The notes beneath the pieces are model-generated. The model was not told the origin of the DNA and did not search any database. It saw nothing but the letters and a program-made list of their open reading frames with translations. Below, one piece after another: positions 17,949 to 26,570 of a stretch of DNA of 64,000 nt. The DNA is from Planctomycetota bacterium. GTDB taxonomy: Bacteria; Planctomycetota; MHYJ01; WSZJ01. The DNA lies in NCBI GenBank assembly GCA_038060895.1, contig JBBTCT010000014.1, positions 1 through 64,000 on the forward strand. Reading direction: 5' to 3'. Numbering within the stretch: position 1 is the first letter of the stretch; each line of letters starts with the position of its first letter. The position numbers and the translations under genes are program-made.

Positions 17949-19397
17949 ATGGCGCAGCCTCCCCCCGGTCGTCCCCCCGCGAACCGTCCCTCGACGGTGC
18001 GTCCTGCGGGCGCACCGGCGCCCGCCCCGCCTTCGCAGCGCGTGCCGGCGGCCGTTCCTGCAAGGCCAGCCGGGAGTCCGCCGTCGCAAAGGGTCGCGGC
18101 GGTGCCGCCGGTCGCCAAGCCGTCGCCGGGTACGCAGCGCGTTTCGAAAGTCCCCGCCGCTCCGTCCGCTCCGCCTTCCTCCAAGGCGAAGATGATGCGT
18201 CCGGAGGCGCCCATGCCGGCTTCCATCCCGCCGGTCGAGCGGAAGCCGATGAGTCGCGGGAAGCTGATGTTCAACCTGTTCATCTACCTGTCGATCCCCG
18301 CTTCGATCATCGTGATCGTCTGGCGGCTTAAGGTGATGGGCGCGGCGAAGCTCGCCCAGAACGTCAAGAACATGGGGAACGTCGGGCAAAAGCCGGAGAA
18401 CGTCGGCCCGCAGGTCAGCGACGAGCAGAAGGCGCTGGATGCGATTGAAGACCTGCGCAAGCAGGCCCAGACGCATCTGGCGGTTGCCAAGCTTGAGAAG
18501 ACTTCGGATGAAGAGCGGCTGAAGCTCTGGCACAGGATCGTGGAGCTGGACGAGGAATACCGGACGCGAATCACGGCGGTCCTCGAGGACCCGCGGTACC
18601 AGGGCCCGGGATTCGAGTACCTCTCGAACGGCCTCACCGAAGTCAGCCAGCGCCTACGTCTCGTGCGCGACTGGATCAAGGCTTCGGCGCCGCCGGAAGA
18701 AGTGAAAAAGGCGGAGCCCAATACGCAGGCGCTGGGCGCCATCAGCGGCTGGAACGGGACCGCGCAGAAACTCGCGATCATCTTCCTCCCCAAGGACGTT
18801 TCGCCGGCCGACCCGGCCGCGCTCGGGGCGGAGTTCGCCCAGAACCTGGGGCGCACCGGGGCCGAGCTGAAGGATCTCCCGCCGGAGTGGGTCTGGGCTC
18901 TCATCAAAGGCACGGCGAAGGACGAGATCGACAAGCTCGACGCGGACGGGAAGAAGGCGAAATGCGCGGAGCTGGCGAAGGACGTTCAGGTCTTCGACTC
19001 TTCCAAGTTCTCGGGTGAGTACGGTTACCTGAAGTCGCTGTCGGGCTACTACTTCAAGGACCAGTTCGCACGCGCGAAGGTCCAGGTCCACGACGACCGC
19101 GGCGTGCCGGCGTTCAAGGAGTACTACGATCTGATTCTTCGGGCCATCGGCACGCCGGTGAAGGGCTGGGAGAATATCTCCGCTTCCGTGTGCGAATGGC
19201 GTCTCACCTGGCGCAAGGAAGGCGTCGTCTACCGCCTCAACGCGATCGGCACGAAGAACGGCATGGACCTCACGTTCACGGCGTACAACGAGACGAACTG
19301 GAAGGCGCTCGCGGAACCGCGCGGCGACAAGGACCCCTTTGAAGAAGAGAAGCAGGAGGACTGGGCGGACCGTTCACCGACGGCGCCGCCGGAGTAG
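17949..19397 (+). CDS. Hypothetical bitopic membrane protein with Pro-rich N-terminus
   Basis: RBS AGGAG; about 100 aa Pro/Ala-rich, one TM (LMFNLFIYLSIPASIIVIVW), soluble C-terminal domain. Confidence 0.8.
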   Translation: MAQPPPGRPPANRPSTVRPAGAPAPAPPSQRVPAAVPARPAGSPPSQRVAAVPPVAKPSPGTQRVSKVPAAPSAPPSSKAKMMRPEAPMPASIPPVERKPMSRGKLMFNLFIYLSIPASIIVIVWRLKVMGAAKLAQNVKNMGNVGQKPENVGPQVSDEQKALDAIEDLRKQAQTHLAVAKLEKTSDEERLKLWHRIVELDEEYRTRITAVLEDPRYQGPGFEYLSNGLTEVSQRLRLVRDWIKASAPPEEVKKAEPNTQALGAISGWNGTAQKLAIIFLPKDVSPADPAALGAEFAQNLGRTGAELKDLPPEWVWALIKGTAKDEIDKLDADGKKAKCAELAKDVQVFDSSKFSGEYGYLKSLSGYYFKDQFARAKVQVHDDRGVPAFKEYYDLILRAIGTPVKGWENISASVCEWRLTWRKEGVVYRLNAIGTKNGMDLTFTAYNETNWKALAEPRGDKDPFEEEKQEDWADRSPTAPPE

Positions 19398-19412
19398 TCC
19401 ACGGACCCAACG

Positions 19413-19450
19413 AAAAAAGAGCCGGCCGCGAGGCCGGCTCTTTGTTTTTT
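19413..19450. terminator. Bidirectional intrinsic terminator
   Basis: AAAAAAGAGCCGGCC-gcga-GGCCGGCTCTTTGTTTTTT between convergent genes. Confidence 0.88.
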
Positions 19451-19464
19451 GCCCGGGCGCAGCG

Positions 19465-20313
19465 CTACTTCGCTTTCAGCTCCCGGATCGACACGATCTT
19501 CACGTCCTCGAGCGGCTTGCTGTCCGCCTCGTTGACCTCGACCTTGCCGATCGCCTCCAGCACGTCCATGCCCTTCACGATCTTCCCGAACACCGTGTGT
19601 TTCCCCGTGAGCCAAGGCGTGTCCACGAGGTTCAGGAAGAACTGCGAGCTGTTCGTGTTGGCGCCGGAATTCGCCATGGCGATCACGCCCTTGTCCGGCT
19701 TCGCGGCCACGAGTTTCTCATCGTACACGTAGCCGCCGCCTTCGTAGACCTCCTGAAGCGTGATCTCCTTCAGGAGCTTGTCCGCTTCCGCGCGCCGCTT
19801 TTTGAGCTGCTCGTCCGTCGTGATGCCGAGTTTTTTCAGCACGGCGCCCACGACGACCCGCTGGAAGTCCTCCTGGCTCTGGACGAGCAGCCACGGGTGA
19901 ACCGTGTCTTTGGGCTGGACCGCCTTCTCCTTGTCGAGCCCCAGCCCCTTGCCGTTGATCTCGTCGGCAAACGTGTACCCCGCGTCCCCCGTCCCGTCCC
20001 CCGCCGGGCAGCCCGCCTGCGCCATGAAGTCCTTCATGACCCGGTGGAAAATCAGCCCGTCGTAGAACGGCCGCTTCACCATCTTCCCCGTCGCCGCGTC
20101 CTTGAATTCCTTCCGGCCCTCCGCGAGATCGAGAAAATTCTCGACCGTTTTCGGCGCCGCCTTCGGCCAGAGTTCCACATGGATTTCGCCCATCGAAGTG
20201 ACGATCACGACGACAGGGTTCTTCGGAGCGTCCGCCGGGGGTCTTTCGTCGTCCGCAGAGGTCACGCCTGCGAGGGAGAGCAGGATCGGGAGGAGGGCCA
20301 CGAGCGTCTTCAT
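19465..20313 (-). CDS. Cyclophilin-type peptidyl-prolyl cis-trans isomerase, secreted
   Basis: APKTVENF, FYDGLIFHRV, AMANSGANTNSSQFF, WLTGKHTVFG; signal peptide. Confidence 0.93.
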   Translation of the reverse strand: MKTLVALLPILLSLAGVTSADDERPPADAPKNPVVVIVTSMGEIHVELWPKAAPKTVENFLDLAEGRKEFKDAATGKMVKRPFYDGLIFHRVMKDFMAQAGCPAGDGTGDAGYTFADEINGKGLGLDKEKAVQPKDTVHPWLLVQSQEDFQRVVVGAVLKKLGITTDEQLKKRRAEADKLLKEITLQEVYEGGGYVYDEKLVAAKPDKGVIAMANSGANTNSSQFFLNLVDTPWLTGKHTVFGKIVKGMDVLEAIGKVEVNEADSKPLEDVKIVSIRELKAK

Positions 20314-20391
20314 GAAGTCTTCCACCGAAAGGGGCTGCGCTTCATTCTAGCGTTCCTCCGGGCCGTAGACGGAGCTACGATATCCCTCCCG

Positions 20392-21675
20392 ATGCGACTC
20401 GCGCCGCTGCTCGCTCTCCTCTCGCTCCCCGCGTTCGCCGACGTCCTCTCCCCGACGCTCGACGTCAAATCCTCGGGAGACAACCTCGTGCTGAGACTCG
20501 AGGGGACGGCCGACATCCCGGTCGCCGCGGCGGACTGGGCGCCCCTCGTCCAGGTCGAATACCTCTTTGTTCCCCTTCGCGTCCAGCGCCGGATCGAACG
20601 CATCCCGGGGCTCCTGCGGTGGACCGATCTGCGGGTAACCGAGGGGCGCGAGATCTCGCTGGGGTTCGCGAGGGCGCGCATCGTCAGCGACGCCGTCGCG
20701 GACAATCTGCCCTACCTCGAAGCGCGGCCGTTCGTGGTCGCGGGGCAGTTCGCGGGACTCTACCGCGCGCGGCTCGTCCTCGACCCTGCCCGGCAGTCCG
20801 TCCGGCTCCGCGCTCGTTCCCTCCCGGCAGCCGCGGCGCAGGCCGAAGCGCGCTGGGGGGATCCCGCGGACCTCCCCCGGAAATCCCGCGAAATGCAGCT
20901 CGCAGTCGAAGAAGACGCCGCGGCGCTTCAGCGCCTCGCCCGCGACCTCGAGTCCCTCTGGAACCGCTGGCGCGCGGCGCCGCAGGCCGGGGATGAATGG
21001 ACCTCCGGGCTCGAATCCTGGCGCGCGCGTTTCGAACGTCTTCCGGCCCGCAACGATCTCCGCCCCGCGCACTCGATCGTGAGTTTCATGCCGGCGGCGC
21101 GAAGCGCGATCGGGGAGGCGTGCGAGTCGCTGGTGTCGCTGGCGGAGACCTGCGAGAAGTCGATGGGAGAGCCGGCGGGCAAGCGCCTGGCGTCGCGCGT
21201 GGTGGAGGCCGCGGCGCTGCGGGCGCACGAGGCGCTGACGGGGCTGGACCGCGCGGCCGGGCGTCGCGAGCCCGGACCGGACCTGGAGCCGATGCGCGCC
21301 GCGCTCGCGACGCTGCGCGCGGCGCCTGACAACGTTCGCGGCTGGTACGAAGCGTCTCAGAGCGGCGGTCCCGGCCACGATGCGGAGTACTGGCCGGCGC
21401 AGCGGATGCGCTTCGAGTCGGTGCTGACCGAATCGCTCTTCATGATCGGCCGCTCCGCTCCGCCCTCCCTGTACGCCGACCTCGCGGCGATCGCGCGCCT
21501 CCTTTTTGCGGAAACGGCGCCGGCGTCGGGGCGAAATCCGTCTCTTCTCGCCGCGTACAGTTCGCGTATCCTGAAGGAGACGGCCGCGCCGCTGGACGGG
21601 GAGTGGCTGAAGGCGTGCGGGCAGGAGTTGAAGGAGCGGCTGAGCCGGGTCGAGCGGGTCCTGGAGTCGAGGTAG
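20392..21675 (+). CDS. Hypothetical secreted protein
   Basis: MRLAPLLALLSLPAFA signal peptide; ends 9 nt before the leuA-like start. Confidence 0.7.
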   Translation: MRLAPLLALLSLPAFADVLSPTLDVKSSGDNLVLRLEGTADIPVAAADWAPLVQVEYLFVPLRVQRRIERIPGLLRWTDLRVTEGREISLGFARARIVSDAVADNLPYLEARPFVVAGQFAGLYRARLVLDPARQSVRLRARSLPAAAAQAEARWGDPADLPRKSREMQLAVEEDAAALQRLARDLESLWNRWRAAPQAGDEWTSGLESWRARFERLPARNDLRPAHSIVSFMPAARSAIGEACESLVSLAETCEKSMGEPAGKRLASRVVEAAALRAHEALTGLDRAAGRREPGPDLEPMRAALATLRAAPDNVRGWYEASQSGGPGHDAEYWPAQRMRFESVLTESLFMIGRSAPPSLYADLAAIARLLFAETAPASGRNPSLLAAYSSRILKETAAPLDGEWLKACGQELKERLSRVERVLESR

Positions 21676-21684
21676 GAGCACACC

Positions 21685-22938
21685 ATGGCGGCAGAGCATC
21701 CGAGTGAGACGGACCTGATTTACGACTGGAACCTCGTGGACCCGACGCGCGGGCGGGAGGTGCAGGGGCGCCACGTGGAGCTGGACGACGAGACGCTTCG
21801 CGACGGGCTGCAGAACCCGAGCGTCGTGACGCCGACGAAGGAACAGAAGGTGGCGGTGCTGCAACTCATGGAGAAGCTGGGGATCGACGCGCTGGACATC
21901 GGGCTGCCGGGCGCGGGACCGAAGCATCTCGAGGACGCGCTTGCGCTCGCCAACGAGATCGTGTCGAAAAAGATGAAGATCGGCGCGAACTGCGCCGGGC
22001 GGACGGTCGAGAGCGACGTGACGCCGATGGTCGAGGTGTCGCAGAAGGCGGGGCTGCCGATCGAAGCGGCGCTCTTCATCGGGAGCAGCCCGATCCGCCA
22101 GTACGCCGAGAACTGGACGCTCGAGATGATGCTGGAGCATTCGAAGAAGGCGGTGACGTTCGCGGTGAAGCACGGGCTTCCGGTGATGTTCGTGACGGAA
22201 GACACGACGCGGGCGCAGCCGGAGACGATCCGGACGCTGTACACGGCGGCGATCGAGTGCGGCGCGACGCGGGTGTGCCTGTGCGACACGGTGGGGCACG
22301 CGACGCCCGACGGCGTGCGGCGGCTGGTGGAATTCATGAAGGGCGTCGTCGAGCGCACGGGCGCGAAGGTGAAGATCGACTGGCACGGGCACAAGGACCG
22401 CGGGCTCGACATCGCCAACACGATGGCGGCGATCGAAGCCGGCGTGAACCGCGTGCACGGCGCGGCGCTGGGGATCGGCGAGCGCGCGGGGAACACGCCG
22501 ATGGAGCTGATCCTCTGCAACCTCTACCTCTACGGCTACATCGACCGCGACCTCTCCGCGATCGGCGACTACTGCCGCGCGGTCGGCGAGGCCTGCCACG
22601 TCCCGATCCCGAACAACTACCCGGTCGTCGGCAAGGACGCGTTCGAAACCGGGACCGGCGTCCACGCCGCCGCGGTCATCAAGGCGCTCAAGAAGGGCGA
22701 CAAGTGGCTCGCCGACCGCATCTATTCCGGCGTTCCCGCCACCCAGTTCGGCCGCGAACAGGTCATCCGCGTCGGCCCGATGTCCGGCCGTTCGAACGTC
22801 GTCTACTGGCTCGAAAAGCGCGGCATCCCGGTGACCGACGCGCTCGTCGACCGCATCTTCCAGGCCGCCAAGGCGTCCAACCACATGCTCGAGGACGCGG
22901 AAGTGGAGAAGCTCGCCATGGCGCCGGTGGCGCGATGA
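21685..22938 (+). CDS. leuA: 2-isopropylmalate synthase-like DRE-TIM metallolyase (short form, no C-terminal regulatory domain)
   Basis: DETLRDGLQ, LCDTVG, HGHKDRG, GERAGN, GVH, GPMSG; 417 aa; substrate not certain. Confidence 0.8.
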   Translation: MAAEHPSETDLIYDWNLVDPTRGREVQGRHVELDDETLRDGLQNPSVVTPTKEQKVAVLQLMEKLGIDALDIGLPGAGPKHLEDALALANEIVSKKMKIGANCAGRTVESDVTPMVEVSQKAGLPIEAALFIGSSPIRQYAENWTLEMMLEHSKKAVTFAVKHGLPVMFVTEDTTRAQPETIRTLYTAAIECGATRVCLCDTVGHATPDGVRRLVEFMKGVVERTGAKVKIDWHGHKDRGLDIANTMAAIEAGVNRVHGAALGIGERAGNTPMELILCNLYLYGYIDRDLSAIGDYCRAVGEACHVPIPNNYPVVGKDAFETGTGVHAAAVIKALKKGDKWLADRIYSGVPATQFGREQVIRVGPMSGRSNVVYWLEKRGIPVTDALVDRIFQAAKASNHMLEDAEVEKLAMAPVAR

Positions 22939-22970
22939 CTGGCGGCGAAAAGAGCGAGGCGAGGGAACCC

Positions 22971-23000
22971 GCTCTGAGCGAGCGAAGCGAGTCGAAGAGG
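22971..23000. repeat. REP-like palindrome, copy 1
   Basis: gctctgagcgagcgaagcgagtcgaagagg; near-identical inverted copy at 45217-45246. Confidence 0.75.
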
Positions 23001-24247
23001 TGAGCAAGCGTTCCCGCAACGCACGCCGCGAGCGGCGGCGCGATCAACAGCGTGTCGGCAGCGCCGTCCGCGAGGCGATCGGTCCCGTTCCCGGGCCGCC
23101 GATGCTGGAGCCTGCCGCCGACCCGGCCCTTGCGAAGGACGAGCTGAAGCCGCCGGCCCCGGGACCGGAGCCGCTCACCTGGCCCGAGCGCGAAGCGCCT
23201 CCTCCCGCGAAGTCCGGCCCGTCCTCCGTCGTCCGGAAAGTCAGCGTGGTGCCGGAGAATCTGCCGCCGGCGCTCCGGGGCGCGATTCCGGCAAAATCGT
23301 CGCCCGACGACAACTCCACCGTCCCCGCCGCGCACCTTCTGGCGCCACAGCCCTCCGCCGGCCCGGGCGCGCCTCCGGCCGATCCGCCGACCGCCCCCAC
23401 CCGCCGCGAGCCCCCCGTCGAGTCCCGCCCGTCCGCTTCCCCTAAATCAAGGGCCTCTGAACCGGCGACTTCACGTCGCAAACGCCCGCAATCCGAAGCG
23501 CGTCGAAGCGCTGCGCCGAAACCTCCTCCGGCGGCGCCCGGTGCCCCGCCATCGCGCATGCACGAATCGCGCGCCATGCCCGCGTCAGCAATCCCGCCGG
23601 TCGCCCCAGCCAAGCCGCCTCCCGCGCCCGCGAAGCCCCCGCCCGCCCCCGAAGCAAAAGCCCGCGCCGAGGAAAGCAGCGGCACGCTCGCCGGCTTCGT
23701 CAGCGCCACGCGCCGCCTGCTCGACCGATGGACCAGCGCCCCGCCCGAAGTCCGCATCACGCTCCCCCAGGGCGACCTGAAACTCTTCAAGCTCTCCGGC
23801 GAACTCGACGACCGCCTGGCGCTCCAGGCCGCCACCTGGATGCTTTTCGTGCAGGCCATGAAACCGGACTCCGACCTGACGATCGCGATCGATTGCACCG
23901 GTGGCTCGCTGACCGCCGGCCTCTCTCTCATCGATGTCCTCCTCAAGGCCAAGTGCCGCGTCCGCACCCACTGCACCCGGCAGGCGCTCGGCATCAGCTC
24001 GATGATCCTCGCCGCCGGCAACAAGGGCTTCCGTACCGTCGTGCGGACCGCGATCCTGACGGTTCCCGTGCCGATGCAGGGAAGCGACGGCAAGACCGTC
24101 TCGCCGTCCCACCCGAAGGCGCTTCAGGCATTCTCGGCCGCCACGGGCCGCACGGCGTCGCAGGTCGAGAAGGAGATCCTGAAGCTGAAGTCGATCACGC
24201 CGAAGCTGGCGGTGAAGCACGGGCTGGCGGACGCGGTGGCGGTCTGA
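23000..24247 (+). CDS. ClpP-fold protein lacking catalytic residues, with long Pro-rich N-terminus
   Basis: IDCTGGSLTAGLSLID...CTRQALGISSMILAAG.KG.R...AVKHGLAD aligns by eye with ClpP; the Ser and His positions are Gly and Pro. Confidence 0.75.
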   Translation: MSKRSRNARRERRRDQQRVGSAVREAIGPVPGPPMLEPAADPALAKDELKPPAPGPEPLTWPEREAPPPAKSGPSSVVRKVSVVPENLPPALRGAIPAKSSPDDNSTVPAAHLLAPQPSAGPGAPPADPPTAPTRREPPVESRPSASPKSRASEPATSRRKRPQSEARRSAAPKPPPAAPGAPPSRMHESRAMPASAIPPVAPAKPPPAPAKPPPAPEAKARAEESSGTLAGFVSATRRLLDRWTSAPPEVRITLPQGDLKLFKLSGELDDRLALQAATWMLFVQAMKPDSDLTIAIDCTGGSLTAGLSLIDVLLKAKCRVRTHCTRQALGISSMILAAGNKGFRTVVRTAILTVPVPMQGSDGKTVSPSHPKALQAFSAATGRTASQVEKEILKLKSITPKLAVKHGLADAVAV

Positions 24248-24321
24248 TTGGCAAGCCCAACCCCAGCGCTGATAACCGGTTCCGGGACAGGGGCGATCAA
24301 CTTCGTCCAGGAGCTTCGGAC

Positions 24322-24348
24322 TTGATTTCTATATAGAAATAGTATGAT
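24322..24348 (+). promoter_or_regulatory. Putative promoter overlapped by a perfect palindromic operator
   Basis: TTGATT ... TATGAT with ATTTCTATATAGAAAT (24325-24340). Confidence 0.55.
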
Positions 24349-24357
24349 GGCTTTCTG

Positions 24358-24762
24358 ATGAAGCGAAGCGCCGTGAATGTCGTCGCCAGGTCCCTCCGGG
24401 CGGGAACTCCGCTTGGAACCGTTCACCTCATGATTTTTGTTCCAAGTCGTGATCGCCTGGGTGCACCCATTGCGGCGGCTAAATGGACGCGGGCGACTCT
24501 TCGGGTTCTCGGGACTCTCTTTCGAGGGGCGACCGCGTACCCAAAGGGCATTGGTGTGTGGCGCAACGACGAGGCTGGCGGAAAGCTGATCTTTGACGAG
24601 ACGACGATCGTGTTCAGCTATGTCGTTCCTGGAGCGCTGACGCCTGCGTCGCTCCTCGAGTTGCGCAGCTTTCTCGCCCGACTCGGGCGCGAAACGAATC
24701 AAGGAGAGGTCGGACTCGTGGTTGACGGCTGTTACATCGGGATAACCGAATTCAGGAGATAG
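24358..24762 (+). CDS. Hypothetical protein (possibly DUF3574/PII-like ferredoxin fold)
   Basis: LFRGATAYPKGIGVWRN...DETTIVFSY...LGRETNQGEV pattern; lower GC than neighbours. Confidence 0.7.
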   Translation: MKRSAVNVVARSLRAGTPLGTVHLMIFVPSRDRLGAPIAAAKWTRATLRVLGTLFRGATAYPKGIGVWRNDEAGGKLIFDETTIVFSYVVPGALTPASLLELRSFLARLGRETNQGEVGLVVDGCYIGITEFRR

Positions 24763-24766
24763 GAAG

Positions 24767-25219
24767 ATGAACCGCAAATCGATGGTTAAGAGAATTGCGC
24801 GCGCCCTGGGAGCGTCCAGAGTCGTTCCGCTGGGGAAAACCGACAACTCCCCGTTCGGGATGCTGGCGCTGACGGATCAAGTGCGCCGGCTGCGCTCGAC
24901 GGGACCCGGCGGAGTGGGGCGTCCGGCGGACGCATTCGCGACTTTGCCGCGGATCGTCAAGTTTCGTCCGGGAACCTGGCAGCGACTTGGCGAGGTTGCT
25001 TTGGCAGAAGCGGCCAAGACCGGGACGCGCGTAAGCCCCGCTCAGGTCGCCGCAATCCTGATCGACCTGTCGCTGGCATCGGCGCAACAAGAAGCGAGTC
25101 GCCAGACGAGGGGAGAGGCAAGGTCCGTCCATCGCAATTCTCGCGAGAATCTGTCCCTTCTCGCTTTGGCAGTAGCGCGTGGTCGAGGAACTTCCGCTAA
25201 ACGACTGGCGAAAGGCTAG
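24767..25219 (+). CDS. Hypothetical basic protein, possible DNA-binding (RHH-like)
   Basis: RBS AGGAG; RSTGPGGVGRP...RIVKFRPGTWQRLGEVA...VSPAQVAAILID. Confidence 0.65.
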   Translation: MNRKSMVKRIARALGASRVVPLGKTDNSPFGMLALTDQVRRLRSTGPGGVGRPADAFATLPRIVKFRPGTWQRLGEVALAEAAKTGTRVSPAQVAAILIDLSLASAQQEASRQTRGEARSVHRNSRENLSLLALAVARGRGTSAKRLAKG

Positions 25220-25231
25220 CGAGTTCGGCGA

Positions 25232-26419
25232 CTACTGACCGCTGACATGGCGGCGGGACTTGTCTGCAAGGCGCGTCAGCCGCTTTCCCAGGTCTTCCTT
25301 TAGGGCGGTGGGCACATCAGGTCGCAGGATCAGCTCTCGCGTCACTTCGAGAGCCCGCGCCAGGTCCTTTGCCTTGTGCTCGTAGTGCTTCGCAAGCTCG
25401 ACCCCTGCGTCGAGCCCTCTGCGTCCCGGCTCGCGCGCCGCCATTTCCCAGAGCGGGAGAGCCTCGTCACGCGCGCCGCGGCGTTTCTTGACCCGGGCAA
25501 GCTCCGGCGCCGCTTCGCGCGAGCCGCGCGACAACGCCTCACCCAGCGTCGGCTCCGCGCGCGCGTCGCCGTCCTTCGCCATCATGGCGCCGAGGGAGAA
25601 GAGGTCTGTCGCGTGCAAGGCCTCCGAAGGGTTGGCGAGAAGCCGCGCGAGCCGCCCCGCGAGCGAGGCGAGCGCCACGAGGTCGAGCCGGTTGTGCTCG
25701 ATCACCGCCGCGAGCGGCCTCGCGTCGCCAAGCGAGAGCCAGTCGAACCATCGCTGCGGAATCTCAGCGCCGGGGATGTCGCCCTGCCGCGCGCGGCCGA
25801 GAATCTCTGCTTCGAGCCGGCCGAGCGTGCAGTCCTCCAGTCGGCGCTTCCAGACACGCCTCGCGGGATGGAGGAGATCGAGGTGGGGAAGCGTTACGAG
25901 CTTGCGGCGGTGCATGACGAAGCGCGTCTCGAGCAGGGGCACGTCGAAACACTTCCCATTGAAGGTCACGAGGTGCGTGCAGCCGCGGAGTTCCTCTTCG
26001 ACGAGCGCGAGCGCGGCCGCCTCAGACGCCGGCGATCGCAGGAAATACTGCCGCGTCTCGAGCCGGCCGTCGCAGACGCGCGCGAGTCCGATCAGGAACG
26101 CGACGGTGCCTGTTCCGCCGGCGAGTCCGGTGGTCTCCAGGTCGAGGAACGCCACGTCCTCGCGCCGCGCGCCGGCCCACCGCGGCTCCCGCGCCAGCGC
26201 CGCCCACCACCGTGGGTCCGCTTCCGTGAACTCCCCCGGAACATCGTGGCCGCGCCGGACGAGAAACGTCCCGCCCCCCGCGTCCTCGCCCTCGACGACT
26301 TCCGCGATGTCGGCTTGCCGGCGCGACCCCCGCATGGCCTGCTCGATGCGCGCGCGGTCCGGCGAGGAGGCCGCGGGCTCGGAGCCGAGGAGACGCGTCA
26401 GCTTTTCGCGGATGGACAT
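25232..26419 (-). CDS. YprB/MrfB-like RNase H-like (DEDD) exonuclease with C-terminal TPR-like helices
   Basis: FLDLETTGLAGGTG, VTFNGKCFD, HLDLL, DIPGAEIP, HNRLD. Confidence 0.88.
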   Translation of the reverse strand: MSIREKLTRLLGSEPAASSPDRARIEQAMRGSRRQADIAEVVEGEDAGGGTFLVRRGHDVPGEFTEADPRWWAALAREPRWAGARREDVAFLDLETTGLAGGTGTVAFLIGLARVCDGRLETRQYFLRSPASEAAALALVEEELRGCTHLVTFNGKCFDVPLLETRFVMHRRKLVTLPHLDLLHPARRVWKRRLEDCTLGRLEAEILGRARQGDIPGAEIPQRWFDWLSLGDARPLAAVIEHNRLDLVALASLAGRLARLLANPSEALHATDLFSLGAMMAKDGDARAEPTLGEALSRGSREAAPELARVKKRRGARDEALPLWEMAAREPGRRGLDAGVELAKHYEHKAKDLARALEVTRELILRPDVPTALKEDLGKRLTRLADKSRRHVSGQ

Positions 26420-26570
26420 GTCTACTCCACGATCCGGCCGATCTCGTCGGCGAGTCGAAGCGGCACGGGTGAAATCGGCGGGGCTCATGGCCAAGCTGTC
26501 TTAGGGTCCCAAGACCATAGCAAAGACACCGGCGATTCCATTAGCCATAAAGTTAGTCCTTTGTTGCATT

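Noticed and set aside
19339-20391. N-terminal half of the 778-aa ORF
   Set aside because: Antisense to the cyclophilin; the real gene likely begins at ATG 20392 with a signal peptide.
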